Origin: Botryllus schlosseri
Taxonomy: Eukaryota
Length of the DNA: 64,000 nt
Direction: 5' to 3'
Assembly: GCA_051294905.1 (NCBI GenBank)
Contig: CM119371.1
Coordinates: forward strand, 22,818,001-22,882,000
The position numbers and the translations under genes were made by a program. Positions 51,936-64,000 of this stretch are shown here, one piece after another; within the stretch, counting starts at the first letter, position 1; every line of letters starts with the position of its first letter. The notes below the pieces were generated by a model. The model was not told the DNA's origin, did not search any database, and worked only from the letters and a program-made list of their open reading frames with translations.

Positions 51936-53852
51936 CAGGGCATGGTATGGTATGGTATGGAACGATAATTTTCCATACTCCATACTTGCCTTACTCTCTC
52001 CATACCATACTTGCAATTTTCCATACCATACCAACATTGTCCCATACCATACTTGATACATATTCCATACTTTCAAATACTTCAATATCATAAGTATAGT
52101 ACCTTTTCTAGCACCTATATTATTGATATTTCGGATGTCAATATTGCTTAAACTAGCCATGATGCGAATCTAACTCCTCGTAATAGTTTCACAGAGTCTG
52201 TTTTGGTTAGGTTTAGTTCACCTTGGTGAGGTGCCGTGTACCTCTAATCTACAGCTTCCGCGAGCAAATTGAGATAGTCAGCAGATTGTTATCTAGGACC
52301 GTCCATAAATGGGACTGGCAACATACGGCCCGCAACGAGATTTTTTCCGGCCCGCGGACAGTTTCCCGTCTTACATGATAATGTTGCACGCGGCCCCAGT
52401 CTGCCAAGATTCCCCACTACTTGCCTAAACGTCAAATTTTAGTGACCACATGTTGTTACATAGGTCTGTGCACTGCGCAGCGTGCGAGAGTAGAGCTTAA
52501 TACGGGTAAGTTCTTCGAAGCGAGAAGACTTGCATTATCGGTATTTACGATGTACTCAACCCTACTGAATTGATATCTTGGTAAATTTTGGGGTAAAGGG
52601 GATTATCAAACGCTTTGAAATCCTAATTAAGGATTGCACTGTGAGCTAGTTGATCAGAGAGAAGCAGACATGGCTTCTCCTGTATGACAATGCTGTTCTC
52701 AAATCCACATTGTATTTTCATTATCGGTAAGAAAAGGCTTTGAAGTGACATTGCTCTCGATAAAATACATTCAATAAATACGATTTATTCCTTTTACATA
52801 TGGGCGAATAATTCATCCATTCAGCAATCGGGCCGCCAAGTATTTAATCTTCCTCTATCCGGCCCGCCGACTAGAGAAGTTGCACGCCCCTGCTCCATAA
52901 CGATATCATCGCGTTTCCGGTACATTGGCATGAGGCACATGCAAGTTTGAAGTAAATACTCGCAAAATAATTTCTAATATAGGCGCAACCATTAAATATC
53001 TCAGCTGCAGGCGATCAATACTTCAGCGATATATGCGTGATTATTAGTACAGTATTTGGTTGGGGTTAGTGTGGCGAGAATTTCAAACTAAATCTACCCC
53101 ACCCCTGATCTATAATCCTAATGCGAGAGCGTTTGAAATATGACCAATAAGATATCTCGGTATGTTAATAGTATAAATGTGCGGATAATGTTTCAGAAGA
53201 AATGTAATTATCAATCACATTGAGCATTAAGTACATTCTCAGAAGCAGCACTTTCAAGGGAAATTTAATTTATAACCTAAATCTTTGATGCTCTCTTTTT
53301 TGATGGATACTTCCATCACCTCGGTGATGGTGCTCTAAGTCTGAGCGCAGACAGAGCTAGACCTATATATATATATATATCATGATTGCTTGTAAGCTCT
53401 CGTCACTCAAGGAATGAGGTAGTTGGAGTAACCAACATTACCAATTATTGCCTCACATGATAGACTACGCTCGGAGACGTCATGTCTAGACCCGATAGAA
53501 TATCGGATCAACATTACTCATTGTCATCATTACATCACAAAATCATGCCATTCCAAGTGCTCCTAAAACCGTTCCACAAGCGTGTATTTGATCCTACACA
53601 GCGTTCAATGTTCACACATAATAAAAGCGATCGTATTCCGTGAACAGCGAACAACGTGCGCTTCATGAAGCTTGCACAGATCACGATAAAATGTATAAAA
53701 CACCAAAGTATGGAAGTATGGAAATGTCGTTCCATACCATAGATTAAAATCTTCCATTCCATACCATACTTGCATTGTTCCATATTCCATACCAAAATAT
53801 CGATCCATACCATACCATACTTCCATACCATACCATACCATACCACGCCCTG
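51936..53852. mobile_element. hAT (Ac-type) element with (CCATA/TATGG)n subterminal arrays; hosts a family-F copy
   Basis: TIR CAGGGC(A/G)TGGTATGGTATGG; perfect TSD cttgtctg. Confidence 0.92.
52309..52892 (+). mobile_element. hAT family F, copy 2 (nested)
   Basis: Homologous to 48651-49548; TSD gtccataa/ctccataa. Confidence 0.85.
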
Positions 53853-54224
53853 CTTGTCTGTCGTGGACAAGTAAATACGCGCGCTAATCAACGCGTTAAA
53901 CAACTAAAGATGCGCGCTTAGCAATGCGTCTTACGTCTAGGTAGCCTCGGCGACGTTTTGCGCAAGTCAAAATGTACGAGTTTTTATGGAATGTGTGCCA
54001 TAATGACGCCGATCTCAGGTGGTTCAAACCTTACCTCTTTTATAACTCAAGCCTTGACACACTACTTCTGATGGTTATGTTTAAGAATTAGCGCATGTAC
54101 ATTGTACAAAGTACATTGTACGCACGCGTCGCACATGTTTGGGGCCATCCGATGTCATTCAGTTTCGAGATGTCACTCTTTAATCGCAATCGCAAATCAG
54201 CATATGCTCAACGGCATTTTATCC

Positions 54225-54455
54225 AAGCCATCGGAAATAGGAGCCAAAGCATAGTAGGCCCGAGACGCGGTAGTTAGGCTAGCGATATCTTTTGTACTAG
54301 GCCTATTGCAAAAGCGATTGTGTATATGTGTAGACCAGCGATGATATCGTGCGCACCTGGCCTATTGCAGATGCGATTATTCAAGCCAGCGGAACTAGAG
54401 CACTAGGCTTGTTGAAGAGGCGATAAATCAGGCTAGCAACGATTACCGAGCGTGC
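54225..54455. repeat. Degenerate ~55-60 bp tandem repeat
   Basis: Recurrent (a)ctaggcctattgca.a.gcgat...gc(c/t)agc motif. Confidence 0.5.
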
Positions 54456-55785
54456 GACAATGAATATCCTGATTTCGCAATCATCTCAGCGGGAGAACGT
54501 GTCACGCTACATTGTGCACGTGCACTCGTGCGAGAGGACTTGACCCCCTTCCCCCCCCCCCATTCACGTGCTCTTTCTTTGTTGTGTGTTTTTTGTTCCC
54601 GGTAATTTAGCCTAATCCGCTAGCCATCACGGGGTTCGACTGCAGGCAACTGGACACCGGATTGTTTCACGGAACTCCTCCCCAAATTAACATAAAAAGG
54701 ACCCTAGTGTGGTTTTAATTTTCCGAGTGAAATTTCTGAGTGGTTCTAATTGCTAAGGGGAGGAGTTCCCCCACTTCATGACCAATAAATTTTATTTTGA
54801 AATTCACCACCACAATAGTTATGATAATGCCTGCAGTCGGACCTCGCCAGTTCGCCCCTGTATTTTTTGTGTTGTTTGTCGGCCTCCACCACCATAGATT
54901 GTGCGTTTTTGGTGGAGGCCTTGTTTGTCGGTGTCCCTTGTCCCTGGGCGAACTGGCCATGTCTTCTCTGGCCCATGTTATTTATCATAGCATTTTTTGT
55001 ATGTGATTTATCGCATTTATTTCATGTTAATAAAAAATTATTTCCCCACCACCGCAAATGGTGGGTTTTGTTCTGGATTTATGTTCGCATAATTACCATG
55101 GCGACCGAAATCGCGACTTCATTTATTCACTGTGCATATTTCATTTTGTTGAACATGCCGAATAAAATATTACAAACAATGCGCAAGAACGAATCTCGCT
55201 AATTGGCAACGCGTCTTTCGTTAATTGGCCGCGCGCAACACTGATACTACGACTTATTGAATTGCAACCGAGTATTAGCGTCGGAAGGGTCATTTGAGAA
55301 GGACGGGGTGTCGCGTTTAAGGAGGGGGTTTTGCGCTTCCAAATGAGGGGGTTCCGACCCACGACACCCCCTCTGGCTACGTGCCTGGATATAGGCAATG
55401 TGTTCACAGACAGTCTCCTCATCGAGATGGAAAAGCCAGCAGTCAATCCCACGCATCCGTTTAGCAGATATGTTCTTAAACTGGGGTCCCCACATTAGTT
55501 TTTTAGGGGGACTTTGAACTATTATAAACTATAAACTATTATGTCCCAGAGCAATAAAATTTAATCCTTGATAACATATTTTGTCCGTGGCGCACAAGGC
55601 CGGAAACGGCGACGCGCGCCACTGAAAAAACTCATTATTATTAATAATAATCTGCCGTAGAGCAAAAGCAATTAGCTATGACGTAGCAAGGATCAAATTG
55701 CCTACTGTTATATTAGTAAGCAGACGAATTGTTAATGAACTAGTTTTCAGCCTGTCCTGTCTAATGTGTTGTGTACTCTCTAGCG

Positions 55786-56523
55786 CAGTGGTTCCCAACC
55801 TGGGGGTCGTGTCCCCCTTGGGGAGGGGGGTGGCGTGGCGTGAAAGTTTGGAAGGCGGGCGCGAAGAAGCGGTCAACTGAAAAAAAAAATAATTCTCTAA
55901 TCAACAGTTATAACTAGGCCAAGTTTTTGCAACTTTTTTTCCAGCTCCTGAATAGCCGAAAGATATGTAGAATGCTGTTTCAAGTTGTTTGAAGGAATCC
56001 TATAGTGCAACTTTTTGCAACATTTGTCTATTTTTTTCATGCCACTTTTTGCAACATTTCGCAACTTTTTCGATTCTTCATGAAAGTATTTTCGATTTTG
56101 GTGAAATACACGGCCAAATTCGACTGAAATACCGTAAATCAGCACTGAAGTAACGCTCTTACGGGTATTTCGGGAGCTGAGCCGGAAAGCTGACCTTTTT
56201 TTAGTCAATCACTAGAGAATGCGGATTGAAAACTGTATTTTGGGAGTGGAACTGGGAAGTTGACTTTTTTAGTTTTTTTAGTCAACCGCGCAAAAGGTCT
56301 TTTAGTGCAACTTTTGTGAAAAAATAAATGCAACTTTTTGCTGCAACTTTCCACGGATTAAACTGCAACAAAAACTTGCCCTAGTTATAACATTCCATGC
56401 GATCAAAAATCTGTTGTAGTTGCTAGCATCCCGGTTGGATTTTGTGATATGACGATAAGGGCGGGCGTGAAATTTTTCACTATCATAAAGGGGGCGTGTC
56501 TAAAAAAGGGTTTGGAATCAATT
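55786..56523 (+). mobile_element. hAT MITE family A, copy 3, with a nested insertion
   Basis: CAGTGGTTCCCAACC start; family-A body on both sides of 55915-56383; flanks ctctagcg/atttagcg. Confidence 0.85.
55915..56383. mobile_element. hAT (Ac-type) MITE with TGCAAC repeats, nested in family A
   Basis: TIR TAGG(C/G)CAAGTTTTTG; perfect TSD gttataac. Confidence 0.88.
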
Positions 56524-57097
56524 ATTTAGCGAGCGCACGCATACATTAAGGAATGACTGTGTCCAGTTGACTGTATGACGTCAAAATCTATAATCGAGTT
56601 CGAGGATCAGTAACCTTATTTAACCTTCGGATCGGTTTCAAAATGCATTTCTTTCTAGGACCGGTCTGTTCTGTTCTGTTCAACATTGAAAATTCTTGCT
56701 GCAGCTCATATTAAATTTGAGATACGACTTTACCGCTTATGACTTATATAGTTAAATGTCACCCTCCATGTTTTTTCACGTCCAATTTGTTTCGCGACTT
56801 TGTTCTTTCCGTTACATGCAAGAGCTAATGAGGTACATCCAGTCTCGCATAAGCAGGGTATCGCAAACATCATCAAAGTTTTTAATACTTCTACACAAAG
56901 GTAAGAGTATTACGGCAAAAGTTTCAACCAAAATGTTGAAAGAGTCGCTGCGTTAAAGTCATCCTACACAGGCTGCCATGTTTTCGAAATGTAGGTCAAA
57001 CAGAACCGAGAAACGCTCTGTTTAGACGACATGGTATTCACGAAATATAAAAGCTTTGAGGGTATAACCTGTAATACACTATTGCATTAGTTGTAGT

Positions 57098-58344
57098 CAG
57101 AGTTGGATCAATTGTAATTTGTAATTGTAATTGAATGTAATTAATTACATTTTTCAATGTAATTGTAATGTAATTGTAATTGAAGCATTTTTATTTTGTG
57201 TAATTGTAATTGTAATTGTAATTTGACAAAAATTTTGCTCAATTACAATTTCAATTACATTAAATTGCTATTGAGACCTGACAAGCACAACATAAAATAA
57301 TTGACTTATAATGCATTCTCTTTAAATGTCGACAAGGAATTTGATGGATCCATTTGCGGAAGCCCTTGACTGCGCCCTTGCGGGCGAAGTTTTATTTATT
57401 TTTACCGCTATGCTGGCCTCGGCTGCCATTGTATACAATTATTAGCTTACTAACCAACGGATGGATTCTCAACACGTGACTCACGATTGAATACGCCGAG
57501 AAGCGAACTGCTGAGCCGGCTAAAAGCAGCAGAATTGATAATCCTATAGCTGGCGACCCACTAATGTATTGGAAGAAGAAGTCAGAAGAATTTCCAACGC
57601 TTGCTGCCTTGGCCAAAGATTATTTGGGGCTAACAGCAACATCAGCCCCGCCAGAAAGAATATTTTAAATTGCGGGCAACTTTTATACGGCAAGAAGAAA
57701 TTTACTGGGGCCAGAAACTTTTCGCACCTTAATGTTCATTAAATGCAATCCAGCAGTTTTTGAACAAGTAAAAATTTAAATGGAAACAAGATATTGTAAT
57801 TTATGGTATCATGAGCTTCTTTCCATTTGCATTTTACTGAATTTTACACACGCTGACGTCTTGACAGCTACATTTCATTTGCGTTGCTCAGTTTTGTCTA
57901 TTCGTTTGATTGCGTTTCATTGCCCGTCTTGCATCCTATTCGTTGTTAGTCATTGCCAGTCGCTCAAACTTTTGGTTGTTAACTGTCGCTTAAAAATATT
58001 TCCTATGACTAGGAATAGTTCGAAAACGTTTTTTCTTTTTAATAATTAACGGGTATTTGCGTATCATGAATGAAACATGAATACTTGAATTGCTGTTAAT
58101 TACGACGCTACGGTTGTCAAGGAGCACGGTTGAATTTATGATTATTTAATTACATGTTCAACAGCAGCAATTGTAATTGTAATTGTAATTTAATTGAAGC
58201 ATGCAAGGAGTAATTGTAATTGTAATTGTAATTTGATATTTTTAGCATGGAGTAATTGTAATTGTAATGTAATTGAAACATTCATGAAAGTAATTGTAAT
58301 TGTAATGTAATTGAACTGAAATAATTGTAATTGATCCAACTCTG
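57098..58344 (+). mobile_element. hAT Ac/ZBED-type deletion derivative with (TGTAAT)n subtermini and a transposase dimerisation-domain remnant (57543-57779)
   Basis: Perfect 16-bp TIR CAGAGTTGGATCAATT; perfect TSD gttgtagt; DPLMYWKKKSEEFPTLAALAKDYLGLTATSAPPERIF*IAGNFYTARRNLLGPETFRTLMFIKCN. Confidence 0.95.
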
Positions 58345-58757
58345 GTTGTAGTCACTATCGTATTAGCAAAAGCATCCGTATCGATTATTAGATTGGAAAT
58401 CAAATCGAGCCAGGACGATAAAAAACCTGCTGCTGGGAATATAAAAAGAAAATATATGGCGAACGTATTCACTTGTGCAGCAAAACAGTGCGCACGGTAC
58501 TAGTAATTTGATTCCCATATAATCGGTAGTTTTTACAAGTGTGAGTTTTAGTCTGAGACGTAGAAACGACATAGTCACAGTGGCAGGCATGATTCTCGTC
58601 GCTGAAATCATGGAGATATCTCTTCAAACCCATCCTGTTCATCACATCGAAAGTGAGATATATGAAATATGAAAAGGCGATCAAGTCATGTCGATTGAAT
58701 TTAGATCTTCACACGACTGGTTCCGTGAAGACATGGTTATCTCGCGAACAATCCCCA

Positions 58758-60081
58758 TTATCGGCTCCGATTGGCTTGTATATAAGCAACCTTCAAGATG
58801 TCACCGATGTTTGAGCGGCGCTCATTTGGCATATCATCCATTTGCAACAAATGGTGGTCCAGTTCGCGCAGGTACTGCGTATGTTGTTCGTACTCAATTG
58901 CGTTCCGCTCGATGAACCTGTGCATTACGATCGACAGCCACAGAAACCAGGACCCCATAGTGATCAGAAGCGGGTAGTCTACCGTGTATTCTTTGGATGA
59001 AAACACTCTGAAAATAATGCAATGAAGTTGTACGTTGTTTTTATATTTGTGAATGTCATAATTCTTACAGCATTAGTAACATCTCCAGTCTACATTCCTT
59101 AATTATAAACTCGATGAATCGCATGAATGCAAATTCTAGGTAACAAATCGATAAAGAGTAAATCTTACAGGGTAATTTGTACGTGATACCAGGCTATACG
59201 TATGCCCAGTCCTTATTGTCGTAACCATAAGTACCAAGCATGTCCCCGTGAATTACGCCTCCTAGCCATCAAGTCGGGCTTACATTTCAGTATCGTAAAA
59301 CTGAATGGGTAATTTTAAACTCCTTTAAAACAAAATCAGTGGCATTCTATAAGTGTGCAGTGTTCAGGGCTCGTGCGGTTGGCTAAGTTAACCCTTCAGA
59401 ACTATTTCGAAAAACCACTATTTGCACTAAAACAGAAGCAGCCATCCTGGTTAGGACCATAAAACAATGCTGTGGCTTGTGAATTTCGTCTATCTTCAGT
59501 GTTTTACTGGCAACTGATCAAATAGATAACTGAAGTTTATGTAAACAAGGCTTTAGATGTCGGTGTCGAAATCATGCGTACCTTGATCCTTTATAATCTT
59601 GAAAGTAGTCATTTTTCGTGATGAACCGATCATACATGTCAGTGTTGTGTGTGATAAATGAATAAAGCGTCCCCTCCTAAAATTCAATCGATCAATGCAT
59701 CGAATGTTAGCAAGTCCGGTACTCTATAAATAAGACCTATACTTGAAAAAAGCAGTTGCGGCTTACCTCGGTAACAGAGCGGCAAAACCTGTCGACTCGT
59801 CTGTGCGTAAGGAATGCCAACGGGATAAGAATAGGGTCGCCAGCTGCAATAAGAGCGGTACCAGTCAGCGTTTTACGTAATTATCTATCCTGTGTAACGT
59901 ATAGAATATTAATAAGATGAATATGTCGATTGAGATCGAGTTTGTGGAATTCTGGTTTGAACATGAGTATACTTGAGAATCAGGAGTTCAAGTGATAATT
60001 CGTTTTATGTAACTTTCTCGCCGCAATTTCAAAATCGGAATTCTCACCTGTGTCATGCTTGTGATATACTACCATGTCGTT
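58758..60081 (-). CDS. Candidate small spliced gene: exons 60048..60081, 59767..59843, 58758..59007; best frame gives a 111-aa single-pass membrane protein
   Basis: Splice sites atttcag|...CAG|GTGAGA, ttgcag|...GAG|GTAAGC and attttcag|. Frame from ATG 60056: MTQLATLFLSRW...PLLITMGSWFLWLSIVMH...ANRSR*. No recognised homologue. Confidence 0.45.
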
Positions 60082-60192
60082 CTGAAATATAATGAGCAAT
60101 ATCGGTTTACGAAGGGATGGCTTTACGTCCACGGATCTTTTATAGCAATTGAGACCATGTTGATGGTGATTTCGCGACTTCGCCGGATTGTA

Positions 60193-60871
60193 CATTAGGG
60201 CTCTTCAAAAATGACTTTTTTTCTCAAATCGCACTGGCTACTTGATAAAATTTATACGTTACCTAATTCAAGCCTACACACCAAAATTGGTTCAATTCCA
60301 ACCAGTAGCCGCATTGCTACAGGAGAAGAAAGTGTCTATTTATTATATAAAAATGAATAACAAAGAATTTGTGAAAATTTTCTGTTTACCCCATGAAAGT
60401 GTTAGGTTGTCTATAGAAACGATGTTCACCAAATTTGGTTGAATCCCAACCATGCAGTACAAGCGGAGTTATTGCCGTCAAAAAATTTGGATTTGAATAA
60501 AATAGCATTTTCGGTGGGCACCACTATAATAAGTAATTAAAGAATTGGTCACCGTAAATACTATTTTATTCATAATCCAAATTTTTCGACGGTGATAACT
60601 CCGCTTCCACTGGTTGGAATTGAACCAAATTTGGTGAACATCGTTTCTATAGACAACTCAACACTTTCATGGGGTGAACCGAAAATTTTCAAATGTTTTG
60701 TTATTTATTTTTTGATGAAAAATAGAAACTTTCTTCTCCTGTAGCAATGCGGCTACTGGTTGGAATTGAACCAAATTTGGTGTGTAGGCTTATATTAGGT
60801 AACCTAACAATTTTATCAAGTAGCCAGCAGTGCGATTTGAGATAAAAAGTCATTTTTGAAGAGCCCTACCG
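60193..60871. mobile_element. Fold-back (almost fully palindromic) MITE, Tc1/mariner-like
   Basis: ~320-bp inverted arms starting C..TAGGGCTCTTCAAAAATGAC; TA on both flanks. Confidence 0.85.
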
Positions 60872-61950
60872 TATATTCCATATAATGTAACGCTTCCATA
60901 AACACGTTCTAAGTACGATCGTGGTACTGATTGATCGAAACACAGTTAGCCGCGATACGTATAAATACAAAAATCTAATGGCAGTCTTCGCTTAACAAAA
61001 TCTAAATACTGGAACACGGTAAATTCTGTTCGACATTCCAATCAAGTGTAGTGGCATTGTATATTCGTTTGAACATGGCATTCGTATCGGTCATCATTGG
61101 GCTACGTGCAAAACCTTGACAATATTCATAATACAATATGTTATGTTTTGATGAATTAGTCGACAGATGGCTACGAAACTCAATTCATGATTCATCATGT
61201 TCCGTTAGGGCCGACATCAGTACATGCGAGGAAGGATTACCTAAATTGAGCAATAGTAAAGAACAGATGCCTTCCAACCTAATTTTCAATTGCCATATCT
61301 ACTGTGTGTTTGGCGTAAGAATATGTAACGTTCTGAAAACTAATCACATGTTACACAGATGTCCAATTGACTGAGAAACTATCCGATGGTGTTTGGCCTA
61401 ACATTTTGTTTCATCGTGCAGCATATTGATTCCAACAAATTTGAAGCAACATTTATTTCGCTTGGCTAGGTTTCTCAATTTGATAACGGTCAAAATTTAA
61501 GCACTTATGCAACGTCACTTACTAATGCTGAACATTACTTCGCTTCGATTATTCGATATTTTATGCCGGTGACGTCATTCGTGGTGATGCAATTGTTCGT
61601 ACACACCAATTCTCTGCTAGTTGGTGATGTATACCTCTGACTAGTGTAAGCCGAAAATATTCGGGGTTGTTTTGAGTGTACTAGCCATTCGTATCATCTC
61701 GCGAATGTGGACGCAAACCCATGTCGTCATATTGCTAATTATAACCCTACATTTTCGTAAAGTAATAGGTTAATGTCCATGATTTCTAGCGACGACACAG
61801 TCCACATTATATGCCACAATGCTGACATATGTATCAACTGGAACAATCAAATACTGTAATACCTCCATAAAATCAATATCTCTGTCGCTTTGCCAACAAT
61901 TTCAATTAGATATGCTGTATAACGACGCGAAAAATTTGCATTGATGAAAA

Positions 61951-62203
61951 GGGTTCACAGTTCAGAACCTATCAAGGTTCGTTTGCGAACTCGATCTCCG
62001 AAATCTCTGAGGATCCCACCTATTCATAGTTACATCACACATCGGTCATATTGCAGTATTCGCGAAAATAGATCTTGGAAATGTGAACGTATAACCAGGA
62101 TGGCGCGAACGTGCGGTTCACGTTCGCGTTCTGTGTGCGAACCTCACAAATTTAAAGCTTGGCGTTCGCAAACAAACCTTGGTAGGTTCTGCACTGTGAA
62201 CCT
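61951..62203. mobile_element. Small MITE with ~40-bp TIRs, superfamily uncertain
   Basis: GGTTCACAGT(T/G)CAGAACCTA(T/C)CAAGGTT(C/T)GTTTGCGAAC inverted at both ends. Confidence 0.75.
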
Positions 62204-62764
62204 TTATCATATATTACAATTTTCGCGTCATTATAACATCGTTGGTTGAAATCTATTGCATTTTCACTCTATGTCTGGCGCTGGCACTATAAAAATTAAC
62301 GCTAAACGTGCATACCTTTACAATCTTATGACGTTTACCTACTATGTAACAAATGTTTGCTCAAGATATCCAGCTTTCTCTATGTGAATATTTAGTGACT
62401 CTCTGCTGTGGGCATGAGCCGCAATCACGCAAAATCAAGAGCGAAATACGCTACATGAAGGTAGTCAGCGAATGATGCTTATTCATGCAATCAATGAAAT
62501 TGACACTGTTGTCTGATGTACAAATTCCATCTCGATTTCATAAGTTTATTTTATCATAAAAACGAAATCTTAGCGAGTGGGGTGATGGCTACTGCTGTAT
62601 AACTTGTTAATGGGGTAAAAGCCGTTTTACGCTCTGCTCAATATCAGCGTAGCAACACTAAGACGCCGAATACATTGCCCGGTCTGGCCTAGACCGATAA
62701 GGTGAAAGCTTATATTCCCTTGCAAGACCTCGTCGAAATTGTTGGCAAAGCGAAGAAAAATATT

Positions 62765-62912
62765 GACAGATTGTTTGATGCCATGGAAAGTTATGATGTT
62801 CATGAGAGAATTAAAAAATATGAAATTAGGTCTATATATAGAGAAATAAGCGTGAAATGGTGGTAAATCGCGCATTGCGCGAAATTTTGTTCAGTTGACC
62901 GCTTCTTCGCGT
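62765..62912 (-). mobile_element. Internal fragment of hAT MITE family A (inverted)
   Basis: Reverse complement of gaagcggtcaactgaa...tctctatatatagacc...aaacaatctgt. Confidence 0.7.
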
Positions 62913-63245
62913 TCCTATTACGAGTGAGTACAGACCACGAATCACGGTAACTGAATATATTTTGAAAGATTTTAACATATTCGTAATTTCAACACATCGT
63001 CATCAGTCTTATTGCAGTATTTGCGAAGATAGATCTTGCATGTTGGAAAGTATAACCAGCTCCGGTAGACTGGTAAAGTAGGCTGTGCGATCACCCTGCG
63101 TCCAAATCAGCTGTTTCAGGGTACATTCATTTCAGGCCTCTCATTTTCTATTTCGACTTGAAATAGTTGCGACACGTATTAGAAATCGCTACTTTTACAT
63201 GCGTTTGAGTATAGCTACGCGACTACTTCGATCATTTTGTTCTTA

Positions 63246-63551
63246 TCAGAATCGCTTATAATAGGAACGTTTTCGGCCTTGATCCATGTTGACTGTCAAC
63301 GAAGGAACTTCATCAACGGAAATATACGTCGCGACTATGAACGGTTTGGGATCTTCACGAACCTTATACTCTGTGCGTGTTAAAATGCATGATGCTCTTT
63401 CGTTTCCCAACACCAAGCGAACGATCTTCACTAGTTCACAGCTGCACAACAGAGGGTTTCCTTCGAGAAGCAGAAATGGAATATCTGTCATTGGTTGCAG
63501 CTTGGTTGGAGGGGTAACTTTTGTGAGGAAATTGTATTGAAGATTAATGAT
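63246..63551 (-). CDS. Exon of a leucine-rich-repeat protein (last LRRs and LRR C-terminal cap); gene continues beyond the right edge
   Basis: Acceptor cattttcag|; INLQYNFLTKV (LxLxxNxL-like), then LLLEGNPLLCSCEL...C, matching the LRR-CT pattern GNPxxCxC. Confidence 0.72.
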   Translation of the reverse strand: MINLQYNFLTKVTPPTKLQPMTDIPFLLLEGNPLLCSCELVKIVRLVLGNERASCILTRTEYKVREDPKPFIVATYISVDEVPSLTVNMDQGRKRSYYKRF

Positions 63552-63616
63552 CTGAAAATGTGTTGACATCTTGTTACGTTATATTTATGACACTTCATAC
63601 AATTTTACATACGGTA

Positions 63617-63900
63617 CACTGTAAAAAATAAAAACCTCGATTTACCGCGAAATGTTTGGAAGCACGGTAGCCAGACATTTCGTGGTAATATAACATTACC
63701 GTTAGTCAACGTAAATTTAACTTACATTCGTCTGGTAATCTGACTTTACACACCAGACTGTGATGTTACAGTCCCCCGCGAAATATCCAATCTACATGTT
63801 CTCCTGTACATTTACGACCGAGACTGTAATTTTACCACCTACCTACCTATACGCTGTCCGTGTAAATCTGGACTACATACCAGCTTGTAAATTCTCGTAC
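63617..63900 (+). mobile_element. Possible left end of a CACTG-terminated (CMC/EnSpm-like) element
   Basis: CACTGTAAAAAA followed by short gtaa/ttac repeats; partner end not in window. Confidence 0.4.
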
Positions 63901-64000
63901 ATCCATACCTATCGCAAAGCAACGCGATGCTAAAATATCGGAAAAGTTTCATCACACTCCCAAAACGACATTGGTACAGACTGTATATTCATTCATGATT

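Noticed and set aside
53535..53903. W/Y/G/M-rich ORFs (also 51846-52160)
   Set aside because: Translation of (TATGG)n subterminal arrays
62690..62865. Plus-strand helical-looking peptide (DKVKAYIPLQDLVEIVGKAKKNIDRLFDAMES)
   Set aside because: The second half is an inverted family-A MITE fragment

Overview
Eukaryotic, intron-containing, AT-rich animal DNA, probably a marine invertebrate (inference); I see no prokaryotic features. Two tandem minus-strand paralogues encode core-2/I-branching beta-1,6-GlcNAc-transferase-like proteins (GT14/GCNT). Copy B (24708-30981) is complete, with 5 coding exons and 453 aa. Copy A (2628-10822) has 4 exons in the window with matching phases; its last exon is missing or lies left of the window. 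The right end holds an LRR/LRR-CT exon (63246-63551) and a candidate small spliced minus-strand gene (58758-60081) with two open overlapping frames. Much of the rest is non-autonomous DNA transposons: about 20 hAT elements with TIRs and 8-bp TSDs (several nested), a Sola-like element, a Tc1/mariner-like fold-back element, tRNA-derived SINEs (V-SINE-like) and a probable decayed non-LTR element. I found no clearly new biological system. The best leads are the altered GT14 active-site motifs and the two-frame mini-gene.
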